From an uncultured Acidimicrobiaceae bacterium (GTDB lineage Bacteria; Actinomycetota; Acidimicrobiia; Acidimicrobiales; Ilumatobacteraceae), in assembly GCA_903919215.1 (NCBI GenBank), contig CAIXHI010000394.1:1-36154 (forward strand): DNA of 36,154 bases. The letters are read 5' to 3'. Of the stretch, positions 25,689-34,383 are shown piece by piece (positions within the stretch are counted from its first letter, which is position 1; each line of letters opens with the position of its first letter). The notes under the pieces were generated by a model that had not been told where the DNA came from, did no database searches, and was given only the letters and a program-made list of their open reading frames with translations. Made by a program: the position numbers and the translations under genes.

Positions 25689-26255
25689 ATGAGCGACTCT
25701 TCCACCGACGACAAGATCGCGCGCCTCGTGCGCTCAGTGCTGGAGGCGGTCGATCTGCGACTCGTCGATATACGCCACGAGTTGCAGGTCTCCAGCCAGG
25801 AGGCCGACCGGCGAACTCTGGAGATACAGCAGGAGCTCCGCGACCTCTCGGTCCGCGTCGACCGCCTCGATTCCGCTCAACGACGTGGTACCGCCGACGC
25901 CGACCGCACCGAGCAGCAGGTCACTGAACTGCGCACTGGTCTTGCCCGTCTGCAGCAACAAGCTGGCACCCCGCCGCCGCCGATCACCACCGAAACGGCG
26001 CGGATCAGGGTCAACGACGACATCACTGCCGAGTTACCCACGCTCGGGCTGGCCACGATCCAGCTGGCATCGTTCGAACCGGTCACCACCCAGGTGCCGT
26101 TGGTCGAGGCGCCCGCGAGCGCCGCGCTCGCGGCCCCGCTCAGCGCGCCCGCAGCTACCAACTCGACCGATGAGAGTGGGCAGATCGACCTCGACCAGTT
26201 GGCCGCCCTGCTCAACGAGCGACTCGGCCACCTCGACCTGCCACGCTCCGACTGA
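25689..26255 (+). CDS. Uncharacterised coiled-coil protein
   Basis: The ATG lies 4 nt after the upstream stop, with GGAAGGG upstream. The N-terminal ~100 aa are heptad-like and charged (LEIQQELRDLSVRVDRLDSAQRR, QQVTELRTGLARLQQQ). A PPPP linker and an Ala/Pro-rich tail follow. Confidence 0.7.
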   Translation: MSDSSTDDKIARLVRSVLEAVDLRLVDIRHELQVSSQEADRRTLEIQQELRDLSVRVDRLDSAQRRGTADADRTEQQVTELRTGLARLQQQAGTPPPPITTETARIRVNDDITAELPTLGLATIQLASFEPVTTQVPLVEAPASAALAAPLSAPAATNSTDESGQIDLDQLAALLNERLGHLDLPRSD

Positions 26256-26257
26256 TC

Positions 26258-27001
26258 TCACTCCAACGAGGAGTGAGCGATGAAGCGCCCCGCCACTCCC
26301 CCGTCGCCGAGGATGTCGATCGTGTCCATCGGTCGCCGCCGCCACAGGACCAGCAAGAGGTCGCTCGCCGGACCACGCATCGCGGCGTCACCCTTGGCGT
26401 GCTCGCGCGTGAGTGAGAACCCGCCCCCGTCCATGGGACGGACGGTCCACTCGCCGGGCACATCGGTGCAGTGCAGGTGGACACTGCCAGCGACCTCGTC
26501 GGCAACGCCAGCGTCACCGCCGAGGGAGAGGAAGAGGAAGTGGTCGAGGAACTCGTCGATCCCATCACTCGCCAACGATGCGTCGATCGCCCGTTCACGC
26601 CCCCCGGCTTGCTGCGCGTCCCACAGGTGCATGGCAGTCTCATGGGCCATCCGGCGCATCACGAAGCCCGCATCACGCTGGTGCGACCATGTCCAGTTGG
26701 CCTGCTGGGGGTGCGCAGCAGCCAGCACAGTGACCGTCTCTTCGAGGCCGTTCCGGTAGAACTCGGGAAGATCGGCATCGGCCGGTCGCTCCGGTTGCTC
26801 GTACCCCTCCCATGTGGCGCGTTGCTCGGCGACGATGGTGCGCCAGAAGTAATGCACCTCGGCCAGGTGCCACAACAGGTCGGAGACGCTCCAACCGGGG
26901 CAACTGGGCACCTCGCTCTCCATGCCCGCAGCGATACATGCTTCGGCGAAGTCGCCACCGTCGCGGGCCAGGTGGGCGAGGAGGTCATACGGTTCCATCA
27001 T
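26258..27001 (-). CDS. DinB-fold, maleylpyruvate isomerase-like mycothiol-dependent enzyme family protein (TIGR03083-like)
   Basis: The track start at 27028 is TTG, so I trimmed to the ATGATG at 27001 (MMEPYDLLAHLARDGGDF). CPGWSVSDLLWHLAEVHYFW is characteristic. The stop lies 2 nt from the convergent coiled-coil gene stop. Confidence 0.8.
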   Translation of the reverse strand: MMEPYDLLAHLARDGGDFAEACIAAGMESEVPSCPGWSVSDLLWHLAEVHYFWRTIVAEQRATWEGYEQPERPADADLPEFYRNGLEETVTVLAAAHPQQANWTWSHQRDAGFVMRRMAHETAMHLWDAQQAGGRERAIDASLASDGIDEFLDHFLFLSLGGDAGVADEVAGSVHLHCTDVPGEWTVRPMDGGGFSLTREHAKGDAAMRGPASDLLLVLWRRRPMDTIDILGDGGVAGRFIAHSSLE

Positions 27002-27062
27002 CGCGATGGTGTCACAACCGCCCGTCAATCAGCGGCCTGCGCCAGGAACTACCCTGAATGAA

Positions 27063-29078
27063 ATGTCAGGTCAGACCAGCCAACACAGCGTGCATACCGT
27101 CATCGCTGAGCGCGTCATCGGCAACCTTGTCCAGGCGTCGTCGCCCGCAGTGTCGCCCGACGGCCGACATGTGGCCTTCGTGGTGACCCGCGTCGACCTC
27201 ATCAAGAACCAGTATTTCTCACAGGTCTGGGTCGCCACCGCCGACGGGAGCAGCGCGCCACGGCCGATCACTGGCGGCGAGCACGACGGCGACCCCGCCT
27301 GGAGCCCCGACGGCACCAACCTGGCGTTCACCTCCAAGCGCAGCCACAGCAAGCGCGAGACCACGTTGCACATCTTGCCCTTCGGCACACCCGGCGAAAC
27401 CCGCGTCATCGCCACCATGAAAGATGGGGTCAGCGACATTCGCTTCAGCCCGAATGGGCGATGGGTCGGTTTCGTCAGTCGTACGCCCGACCAGCGCTAC
27501 GGGGTACCCGGCGTCGAGGACGGCGACACGAGTTGGCAGGCGCCACGCAAGATCGAACGGTTCCTCACCCAACTCAACGGTGAAGGCTGGGTCTACGACC
27601 GGCCCGCACATCTCTACGTGGTGCCCGCTGACGGCACCGCCTCGCCTCGCAACCTCACCCCGGGCGAGTTCCAGCACAGCGGCGTGTCGTGGACCGCTGA
27701 CTCATCCGCGATCGTGACCTCTGCTGCGCGCCACGACACGTGGGATCTCGACTTCGCGTGCGACCTGCAGTGTGTGTCGCTCGACGGCGAGATCCGCGCC
27801 ATCACGCACCAGACCGGTATCTACTCCGCGGCGACAGCGGCACCATCGGGCACACAGGTTGCCTTCCTCGGCTACGACGACCCCAGTACCTCTCCTCAGA
27901 ACGTGAAGGTCGGGGTTGTCGACCGCTCAGGAGATGGTGCCCACCGGTTCGTCAGCTCGTCATTCGACCGCACCTTCGAGACGACGGCAGGCAACGTGGC
28001 GCCGCTGTGGCTCGACGAACACACGCTGCTGAGTTCGGCCGAGGATCGCGGGCAGACACACCTGTACCGCGTGCCCACCGATGGATCCGGCCCGGTGCCG
28101 GTCACCTTCGGCCCGATCACCGTGAAGGCCGCCCACGCAGCGGGCGGCACCATCGCCTACATCGCATCCGCCGTCGACGAACTGCCGGATGTGTTCGTGG
28201 TTGCCGACAGCGGCCCGCTCCGGCTGACGTCGTTCGCCGAGACCTACCGAGCGATCGCACGGCCCCTCAGCTGGGAACGCTTTGCCGTGCCGTGTACCGA
28301 CGGCACCGGCGAGATCGATAGCTGGATCATGCGGCCCGCAGGCTTCGACCCCGCCCAGCGCTACCCGGTGGTGTTGAACGTGCACGGCGGGCCGCATACG
28401 CAGTACGGCGAGTCGTTCTTCGACGAGGCCCAGTTGCAGGCGGCGGCCGGCTTCGTAGTGCTGATGAGTAACCCTCGCGGTGGCTCGGGCCGCGAGCAGT
28501 CGTGGGGGCAGGCCATCATGGGGAGCCAGCATCACGCCAGCCCGGGCACCGGCTGGGGTGGTGCCGACGTCGATGACGTGATGGCGGCACTCGACACCGC
28601 ACTTGCTCGCTACCCGTTCTGCGATCCTCAGCGCGTGGGTATGCAGGGTGGCAGCTACGGCGGCTACATGGCCACCGAGCTCGCGGGTCGGTTCAGCCAC
28701 CGGTTCAAGGGCATCTGCAGCGAACGCTCGGTGAACAACCTCTACACGGAGGAGTACACCAGCGATATCTCCACGGTCTTCCGGGTCGAGGTCGGCCCCA
28801 ACCACCTCGACGCACCCGACCAGTACGTGGCCATGTCGCCGATCCGACGGGTGCGCGACATCACCTGTCCGATCCTCCTGATCCACAGCGAGAACGACCT
28901 GCGTTGCCCGATCAGCCAGGCCGAGGAGCTGTTCGTTGCGCTACGACTGCTCGGCAAGGACGTCACGTTCTACCGATTCCCCGGTGAGAGCCACGAACTG
29001 TCACGCAGTGGTTCACCAATCCACCGCCGGCAGCGCGCCGAGATCATCCTCGACTGGTTCTGCGACAAGCTCGGCTGA
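27063..29078 (+). CDS. S9 family serine peptidase (prolyl oligopeptidase/acylaminoacyl-peptidase type)
   Basis: Track ORF trimmed to the ATG at 27063 (MSGQTSQHSV). N-terminal beta-propeller repeats (SPDGRHVAFV, WSPDGTNLAF, FSPNGRWVGF). Catalytic GGSYGGYM, ENDLRCP and GESHEL. Confidence 0.9.
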   Translation: MSGQTSQHSVHTVIAERVIGNLVQASSPAVSPDGRHVAFVVTRVDLIKNQYFSQVWVATADGSSAPRPITGGEHDGDPAWSPDGTNLAFTSKRSHSKRETTLHILPFGTPGETRVIATMKDGVSDIRFSPNGRWVGFVSRTPDQRYGVPGVEDGDTSWQAPRKIERFLTQLNGEGWVYDRPAHLYVVPADGTASPRNLTPGEFQHSGVSWTADSSAIVTSAARHDTWDLDFACDLQCVSLDGEIRAITHQTGIYSAATAAPSGTQVAFLGYDDPSTSPQNVKVGVVDRSGDGAHRFVSSSFDRTFETTAGNVAPLWLDEHTLLSSAEDRGQTHLYRVPTDGSGPVPVTFGPITVKAAHAAGGTIAYIASAVDELPDVFVVADSGPLRLTSFAETYRAIARPLSWERFAVPCTDGTGEIDSWIMRPAGFDPAQRYPVVLNVHGGPHTQYGESFFDEAQLQAAAGFVVLMSNPRGGSGREQSWGQAIMGSQHHASPGTGWGGADVDDVMAALDTALARYPFCDPQRVGMQGGSYGGYMATELAGRFSHRFKGICSERSVNNLYTEEYTSDISTVFRVEVGPNHLDAPDQYVAMSPIRRVRDITCPILLIHSENDLRCPISQAEELFVALRLLGKDVTFYRFPGESHELSRSGSPIHRRQRAEIILDWFCDKLG

Positions 29079-29097
29079 CCCGCCACCCGCGCATGTC

Positions 29098-29132
29098 GGC
29101 GTTCAGGTCCGGGGGGGTCTGACCTCAACGCC
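29098..29132. terminator. Hairpin between the convergent S9 peptidase and nudC genes (candidate bidirectional terminator)
   Basis: GGCGTT-c-AGGTC, loop CGGGGGGGTCT, GACCT-c-AACGCC: 11 bp with one mismatch. No U-tract. Confidence 0.4.
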
Positions 29133-29144
29133 GAGTTGCGCGGA

Positions 29145-29927
29145 TCAGCCCTCGAGGAGCCAGGCGTCGATCAGCTTGCGGGCGATGGAGATACCGGGCG
29201 GGATGCTCGGCAACTCGTCACGTCGATACCACTGGGCATCAACGATCTCGGCGGGGTCGCACTCGATCTCGCCGCTCACCCATTCAGTGCGGAACCCGAT
29301 CATCAGACTGTGCGGGAACGGCCACGGCTGGCTGCCCTGATACGTGGGCCAGGCCACCTCGATACCGACCTCTTCGCGCACCTCGCGGATCACCGACTGC
29401 TCCAACGATTCGCCGGCCTCGACGAAGCCAGCCAAACACGAATACATCGGCGCCCGGAAGGTCACACCACGGGCGAGCAACGCCAACTGATCTGGACCGG
29501 GGTCGCCCTTGGTGACCAATGTGATCATCGCTGGCGCCAGGCGCGGATAGGCAAGTAACCCACAGCCAGGGCACTTCATCGACCGGTCGTTGTCGGAGTG
29601 CACCGTCGGCTGGCCGCAGCGTCCACAGAATTGATGTGTGCGCGACCACTCGGCGAGCTGCACCGCCCGCCCGGCGACCGCCCACTCGACCTCTGATGTG
29701 CGGCCGTGCAGTGAGTACAGATCAACTGCTGCGCCGTACGACGGGTCTTCCCCGGCAGGCACGTCGACCGCCCAGCACGCTTCACCATCGAGCATGCCGA
29801 GGAAATGCACCGCCCACCCCGACTCGGCGGCACGATCATCGATGAACACGTTCGAACCGATGACATGGATATAGCGGTGCTGGGTGACGCCCGCCGGTGG
29901 GGTCAACGCAGGGTTGAAGGTGGCCAT
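29145..29927 (-). CDS. nudC: NAD(+) diphosphatase NudC (Nudix hydrolase with zinc ribbon)
   Basis: Zinc ribbon CGRCGQPTVHSDNDRSMKCPGCG. Nudix box GFVEAGESLEQSVIREVREEVGI. The track start at 29936 is GTG, and the ATG at 29927 (MATFNP) is preferred. Confidence 0.85.
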   Translation of the reverse strand: MATFNPALTPPAGVTQHRYIHVIGSNVFIDDRAAESGWAVHFLGMLDGEACWAVDVPAGEDPSYGAAVDLYSLHGRTSEVEWAVAGRAVQLAEWSRTHQFCGRCGQPTVHSDNDRSMKCPGCGLLAYPRLAPAMITLVTKGDPGPDQLALLARGVTFRAPMYSCLAGFVEAGESLEQSVIREVREEVGIEVAWPTYQGSQPWPFPHSLMIGFRTEWVSGEIECDPAEIVDAQWYRRDELPSIPPGISIARKLIDAWLLEG

Positions 29928-29950
29928 GGGCGCCACCGTAGGCTGGAGCG

Positions 29951-31129
29951 ATGACCAACGTTGTGATCGTGGACGCCGTCCGTACCCCCATCGGCAAGCG
30001 CAATGGAGGCCTCGCCTCCCTCCATCCGGGTGAGCTTCTCGCCAAGGTCCAGCGGGCCATCATCGACCGCACCGGCATCGACCCGGCGGCCATCGGCCAG
30101 GTCGTAGGCGGCTGTGTCAGCCAGGTTGGCGAGCAGTCCTACAACATCACTCGCAATGCCTGGCTCAGCGCTGGCCTGCCCCTTTCAGTGGCCGCCACGA
30201 CTGTCGACACTCAGTGCGGCAGCAGCCAGCAGGCCACCAACCTGGCCACAGCGCTGATCAAGGGCGACATCGTCGACATCGCCCTGTCCTGCGGTGTGGA
30301 AGTGATGAGCCGCGTGCCGATCGGCAGCAACAGCAACAAGGCACTCGGTCTCGGCGTGCCGATTCCGAAGACCTACTTCGAGCAGTACGAGATGACCTCG
30401 CAGTTCGAGGGTGCCGAGCGCATCGCCGACATCTGGAACGTCACCCGCGACGACACCGACGCGTTCGCCCTTGCCAGCCAGCAGCGCGCCGCACAGGCGT
30501 GGGCCGAGGATCGTTTCGCCGGTCAGTACCTCACCGTCGAGGCACCCGACCGCGACGAAGAGGGCAACCTCACCGGCACGTTCCACACGGTGGCCCGCGA
30601 CGAGGGCATGCGCGAGACAACGCTCGAGAAGTTGGCGACGCTGAAGCCCGTCGGCCGCCCAAACGGCGTGCACACCGCCGGCAACAGCAGCCAGATCAGC
30701 GATGGCGCCAGCGCCGTGTTGATGATGACCGAAGAGCGGGCTGCAGCCCTCGGCCTGAAGCCACGCGCCCGCATCGTCGATACGTGCCTCGTCGGCGTCG
30801 ACCCGGTGTTGATGCTCACCGGGCCGATCGATGCCACGCAGAAGATGCTTGCCCGCACCGGCCTCAGCATCGACGACATCGACACATTCGAGATCAACGA
30901 GGCGTTCGCTTCTGTCGTGCTGGCGTACCAGAAGGCGGTCAACGCCGACCCGTCCAAGGTGAACCCGAACGGTGGCGCAATCGCTCTCGGCCACCCACTG
31001 GGTGCCACCGGCGGGTTCCTGCTCACCAAGGCGCTGTACGAACTCGAGCGCACCGGCGGCCGTTACGGCCTCGTGAGCATGTGCTGCGGCGGGGGCCTGG
31101 GTACCGGCACGATCATCGAACGGCTCTGA
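29951..31129 (+). CDS. Acetyl-CoA C-acyltransferase (thiolase)
   Basis: Active-site VDTQCGSSQQA, C-terminal NPNGGAIALGHPLGATG and MCCGGGLGT. The ATG is preceded by GGAG. Confidence 0.95.
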   Translation: MTNVVIVDAVRTPIGKRNGGLASLHPGELLAKVQRAIIDRTGIDPAAIGQVVGGCVSQVGEQSYNITRNAWLSAGLPLSVAATTVDTQCGSSQQATNLATALIKGDIVDIALSCGVEVMSRVPIGSNSNKALGLGVPIPKTYFEQYEMTSQFEGAERIADIWNVTRDDTDAFALASQQRAAQAWAEDRFAGQYLTVEAPDRDEEGNLTGTFHTVARDEGMRETTLEKLATLKPVGRPNGVHTAGNSSQISDGASAVLMMTEERAAALGLKPRARIVDTCLVGVDPVLMLTGPIDATQKMLARTGLSIDDIDTFEINEAFASVVLAYQKAVNADPSKVNPNGGAIALGHPLGATGGFLLTKALYELERTGGRYGLVSMCCGGGLGTGTIIERL

Positions 31130-31152
31130 GCATTCGACGATAAAGAGGATCC

Positions 31153-31662
31153 ATGCGCTACGCGTGGGTCGTCTGCTCCTTGATGATCGTCCCGACGGCG
31201 GCGTGCTCCGGCACGCCGCCGTCTCGCGCTCCAACGGACACAACCGCGCTCACACCGAATGCCACACTCGTGAAGGTCGTCGACGGCGACACCATCGACG
31301 TGCTCGTGAGCGGCCGCAAGGAGCGCGTGCGCCTGATCGGTATCGACACGCCGGAGACGAAGAAACCGAACACTCCCGTGCAGTGTTTCGGCCCGGAAGC
31401 CAGCGCGTTCACGGCTTCGCTGCTCCCCGACGGCACTGCGCTGTACCTCGAACGCGATGTGGAGCCACGCGACCCCTACGACCGTCTGCTCGCGTATGTG
31501 TATCTGGCCGATGGCACGTTCGTAAACGTCGAGATCGTGCGCCAGGGATACGCGCATGTGCTGACGATCGCTCCCAACATCGCCCACAGCAGCGAGTTCG
31601 TGCACGCCGCCAGCAATGCACGGGCGGCGAATGCGGGGTTGTGGGGCAGGTGCAGCGGGTAG
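31153..31662 (+). CDS. Secreted thermonuclease (SNase) family lipoprotein
   Basis: Signal/lipobox-like MRYAWVVCSLMIVPTAAC. SNase blocks VKVVDGDTIDVLV and RVRLIGIDTPET. Confidence 0.85.
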   Translation: MRYAWVVCSLMIVPTAACSGTPPSRAPTDTTALTPNATLVKVVDGDTIDVLVSGRKERVRLIGIDTPETKKPNTPVQCFGPEASAFTASLLPDGTALYLERDVEPRDPYDRLLAYVYLADGTFVNVEIVRQGYAHVLTIAPNIAHSSEFVHAASNARAANAGLWGRCSG

Positions 31663-31673
31663 CGTTCGTGCCG

Positions 31674-32525
31674 ATGAGCACCGCTTCGGAACGTTCCCTC
31701 ACCGAACGCCTCGGGTACTCGCCCGGCACGCGCCTGGTCATCATCTCCTGCGACGACCTCGGCAGTTGCCACGCGGCGAACGAGGGTGTGTTCGACGCGT
31801 TGCACCACGGCGTCGCCACGTGCGCCAGCCTGATGGTGCCCGCGCCGTGGGCTCGCGATGCGGCGATGCGGCTGCAGCCGACCGACGACATCGGCGTGCA
31901 CCTCACGCTCAACTGCGAGCATGAGGCCTACCGCTTTGGGCCGATCACGCACTCACCATCACTGTTGTCAGGCGAGGGCGGCTTTCCTCGCGAGGTCGAC
32001 GACCTATGGGAACACGCCGACCCGGCCGAGGTGCTACGCGAGTGCCGCGCCCAGATCGAGCGTGCGCTGGCATGGGACGTCGACGTCACCCACCTCGCCC
32101 CCCACCTCTCGGTGATCACATTGCGACCCGAGTTCTTCGACGTGTACCTCGAACTCGCCGTCGAGTTCCGGTTGCCGATCCGCCTGCCCTCCAGCATCAC
32201 CGCCGAACAGGCCGGGTTCCCCTTCCGACGACTCGCCGCCGAAGAGGGCGTCGTGTTCCCCGATCACTTCGACCACGACTGGCGAGCCGGTAGCCGCGAG
32301 CGGGTCTACGACTCCATCCGCAACCTGGCCGCCGGCGTGAGCGAGATCCACGTGCAGCCGACGATCGACACCCCCGAGGTCCGGGCAATCTCGGCGGCGG
32401 CCGAACTGTGGATCGACGACCACGAGTTGGTCACCACCGATGACACACTGCGGGCGCTGCTGCTCGAGTCGGGCGCCGTGCCCATTGGCTATCGGGCGCT
32501 CAGGGACGCGATGCGAGCTGGCTGA
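31674..32525 (+). CDS. YdjC/ChbG/HpnK family carbohydrate deacetylase
   Basis: Track ORF 31164-32525 trimmed to the ATG at 31674, since the removed part is a frame-shifted shadow of the SNase gene. LVIISCDDLGSCHAANEGV fits the YdjC N-terminal metal-site motif. Confidence 0.8.
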   Translation: MSTASERSLTERLGYSPGTRLVIISCDDLGSCHAANEGVFDALHHGVATCASLMVPAPWARDAAMRLQPTDDIGVHLTLNCEHEAYRFGPITHSPSLLSGEGGFPREVDDLWEHADPAEVLRECRAQIERALAWDVDVTHLAPHLSVITLRPEFFDVYLELAVEFRLPIRLPSSITAEQAGFPFRRLAAEEGVVFPDHFDHDWRAGSRERVYDSIRNLAAGVSEIHVQPTIDTPEVRAISAAAELWIDDHELVTTDDTLRALLLESGAVPIGYRALRDAMRAG

Positions 32526-32727
32526 TCGCCGCCGCTGCCGAGCCATCGCTCAGCGCCGCCAACAACTCACCCGTGCTGCCGGTGCTCTTCAGCTTGCCCT
32601 GCATGAATGCCACCGATGCCCCGAGCGCGACGTCGCTCGCAGTGATCGTGACCACGACCTCGGCATCGTCGGGGCCGTCGACGGCCTCGTCGTTCTTCCC
32701 AAAGGCCACCCGGTATTGGATACTCAT
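32500..32727 (-). CDS. SCP2 sterol-binding-domain-like small protein
   Basis: 75 aa. FMQGKLKSTGSTGELLAAL resembles the SCP2 C-terminal motif. The ATG forms an ATGA overlap with the mca stop. The 3' end overlaps the convergent ydjC-like gene by 26 nt. Confidence 0.65.
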   Translation of the reverse strand: MSIQYRVAFGKNDEAVDGPDDAEVVVTITASDVALGASVAFMQGKLKSTGSTGELLAALSDGSAAAAISQLASRP

Positions 32728-33650
32728 TCGCCGCCGCCCATCACGCGCTCACGGACGCCGACAAACAGGTCGTCCTCCAGTTCACCATCGGCGGGCGAAC
32801 CCACCAGCGAACGGGCCAGAATCCAGTCCTCCCACGGGTACACATCGGCCAACTGCTCATCCGACAATCCGAACCACCACGGTTCCTTGGGGTCGACCTG
32901 CGTGGCGTGAGCGCGTAGCGACCCGCTACGCGCCGACAGGTACGCCGAGATCTCCAGTTTGGTGGTGATGCGGTCGTCGTGGCCCGGTCGATCGAGCCAT
33001 GCCTGGTCGTACGGCGACTCGCCACGGTGGCGAATCATGCCCTCGTGGACGGCCACCATCCGAGCACGCGACCACACCGAGTAATACATCTTCAGTGGCT
33101 GCCACGGCTCGCCCGCCTCTGGGTACCACGCCGGGTCGCCCGCGCGTTCGAACGCAGGGATGGAGATGTCGTGCACCTTCACGTGGTCGGGGTGTGGATA
33201 GCTGCGTTGATCGTCGCCGTAGGTGATGATCACCTGCGGCCGCTCGCGGCGGATGACCGCGACGAGACGACCGACCGCCTCATCGAGCGGAGCCGCGTGG
33301 AAACAGCCGGGATGCTGGTTGGCAACGCTGTCGACCATTCCCGAGTCGCGATAGCCGAGCATGACGACCTCGTCGAAGCCGATGATCTCGGCCGAGAGCG
33401 CCAGTTCGCCGGGCCGCACCTGTGCCAACAGCAACTTCTCTTGCTCGGGGCTCAGACCGTGGAACGGCTGACCCGCTTCCCGCAGACCAGGGTTCTGCAG
33501 GTCGCCCTCCTCGCCACCCGTGCAGCACACCAGCACCGTGCGCACACCCTCGGCGTGGTAGCGGGCCAGGGTGGGCGCACCCTTGGACGCTTCGTCGTCG
33601 GGGTGCGCATGCACCGTGAGCACACAAAGGGAATCGGCCACGGCGAGCAC
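32724..33650 (-). CDS. mca: Mycothiol S-conjugate amidase (Mca; LmbE/PIG-L deacetylase family; MshB paralogue not excluded)
   Basis: VHAHPDDE and HPDH zinc-site motifs, with length and blocks as in Mca. The track ORF has no internal ATG, so I chose the GTG at 33650 (VLAVADSLCVLTVHAHPDDE), which is preceded by AGAGGAAAG. The start is uncertain. Confidence 0.85.
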   Translation of the reverse strand: MLAVADSLCVLTVHAHPDDEASKGAPTLARYHAEGVRTVLVCCTGGEEGDLQNPGLREAGQPFHGLSPEQEKLLLAQVRPGELALSAEIIGFDEVVMLGYRDSGMVDSVANQHPGCFHAAPLDEAVGRLVAVIRRERPQVIITYGDDQRSYPHPDHVKVHDISIPAFERAGDPAWYPEAGEPWQPLKMYYSVWSRARMVAVHEGMIRHRGESPYDQAWLDRPGHDDRITTKLEISAYLSARSGSLRAHATQVDPKEPWWFGLSDEQLADVYPWEDWILARSLVGSPADGELEDDLFVGVRERVMGGGE

Positions 33651-33716
33651 GTTATCCGTGAGCTTTCCTCTTGCGCTGCCACGCGGCAGGGCAGGCCGAC
33701 ACCTAGGATTCACGCC

Positions 33717-34340
33717 GTGCGCCGTGCCGTCATGCTCACCTCTGCCTGCCTCGTGGTCCTGATCGCTGGCGGCTGCCGCCACGATGGGCGCACGCTGCGC
33801 CCAGCCGGTCCGGGCCAGCAGTCCTCCATCTCGACGCTCGCCGCCCCATCCGACACCGACGGGATCGGGGAACCCAGCACCACCGGGCTGCCGCTCCCGG
33901 CCGGGCTCACGGTCACCGCACCTTGGCGTGACGGTGCAGAGATCGACCCTCGCTACACATGCGACGGCACGAATCTGGCACCGGCGCTGTCATGGAGCGC
34001 TGCTCCCGCTGGCACCGTGGAGATCGCCATCACGCTCACCGACGTCGACGCTCCCGATTTCGTCCACTGGGCGATTGCCGGTCTTTCGCCCAGCAGCACC
34101 TCCATCGCCGAGGACACTGTTCCTATCGGCGCCTACGAGGGCACGAATGGGAACGGAGTCGTTGGTTACACCGGCCCGTGCCCACCGGCTGGCGAGACGC
34201 ACAACTACCTCATCACCGTGTATTACCTGGGAGAGGCGTCAGGTTCCAGCGACGGAGCCGCCGGCCTCGACCTGATCGATGCACTCCAATCGGCGGAATT
34301 GGACGAAGGTTCGGTCACAGGTTCCTTCAGTCGGGCGTAA
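33717..34340 (+). CDS. YbhB/YbcL (PEBP, Raf-kinase-inhibitor-like) family lipoprotein
   Basis: Track ORF 32979-34340 trimmed to the GTG at 33717 (VRRAVMLTSACLVVLIAGGC signal/lipobox). The ATG at 33732 is an alternative. GYTGPCPPAGETHNYLITVYYL is the PEBP signature. Confidence 0.85.
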   Translation: MRRAVMLTSACLVVLIAGGCRHDGRTLRPAGPGQQSSISTLAAPSDTDGIGEPSTTGLPLPAGLTVTAPWRDGAEIDPRYTCDGTNLAPALSWSAAPAGTVEIAITLTDVDAPDFVHWAIAGLSPSSTSIAEDTVPIGAYEGTNGNGVVGYTGPCPPAGETHNYLITVYYLGEASGSSDGAAGLDLIDALQSAELDEGSVTGSFSRA

Positions 34341-34383
34341 TCCCGACCGATAACCACCCAGTACCAACGATCAACATGCAAGG

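Noticed and set aside
27069-27077. GGTCAGACC, the reverse complement of the GGTCTGACC mini-palindrome in the twin elements.
   Set aside because: A 9-mer recurrence is expected by chance in this much GC-rich sequence, and it lies inside the first codons of the S9 peptidase gene.
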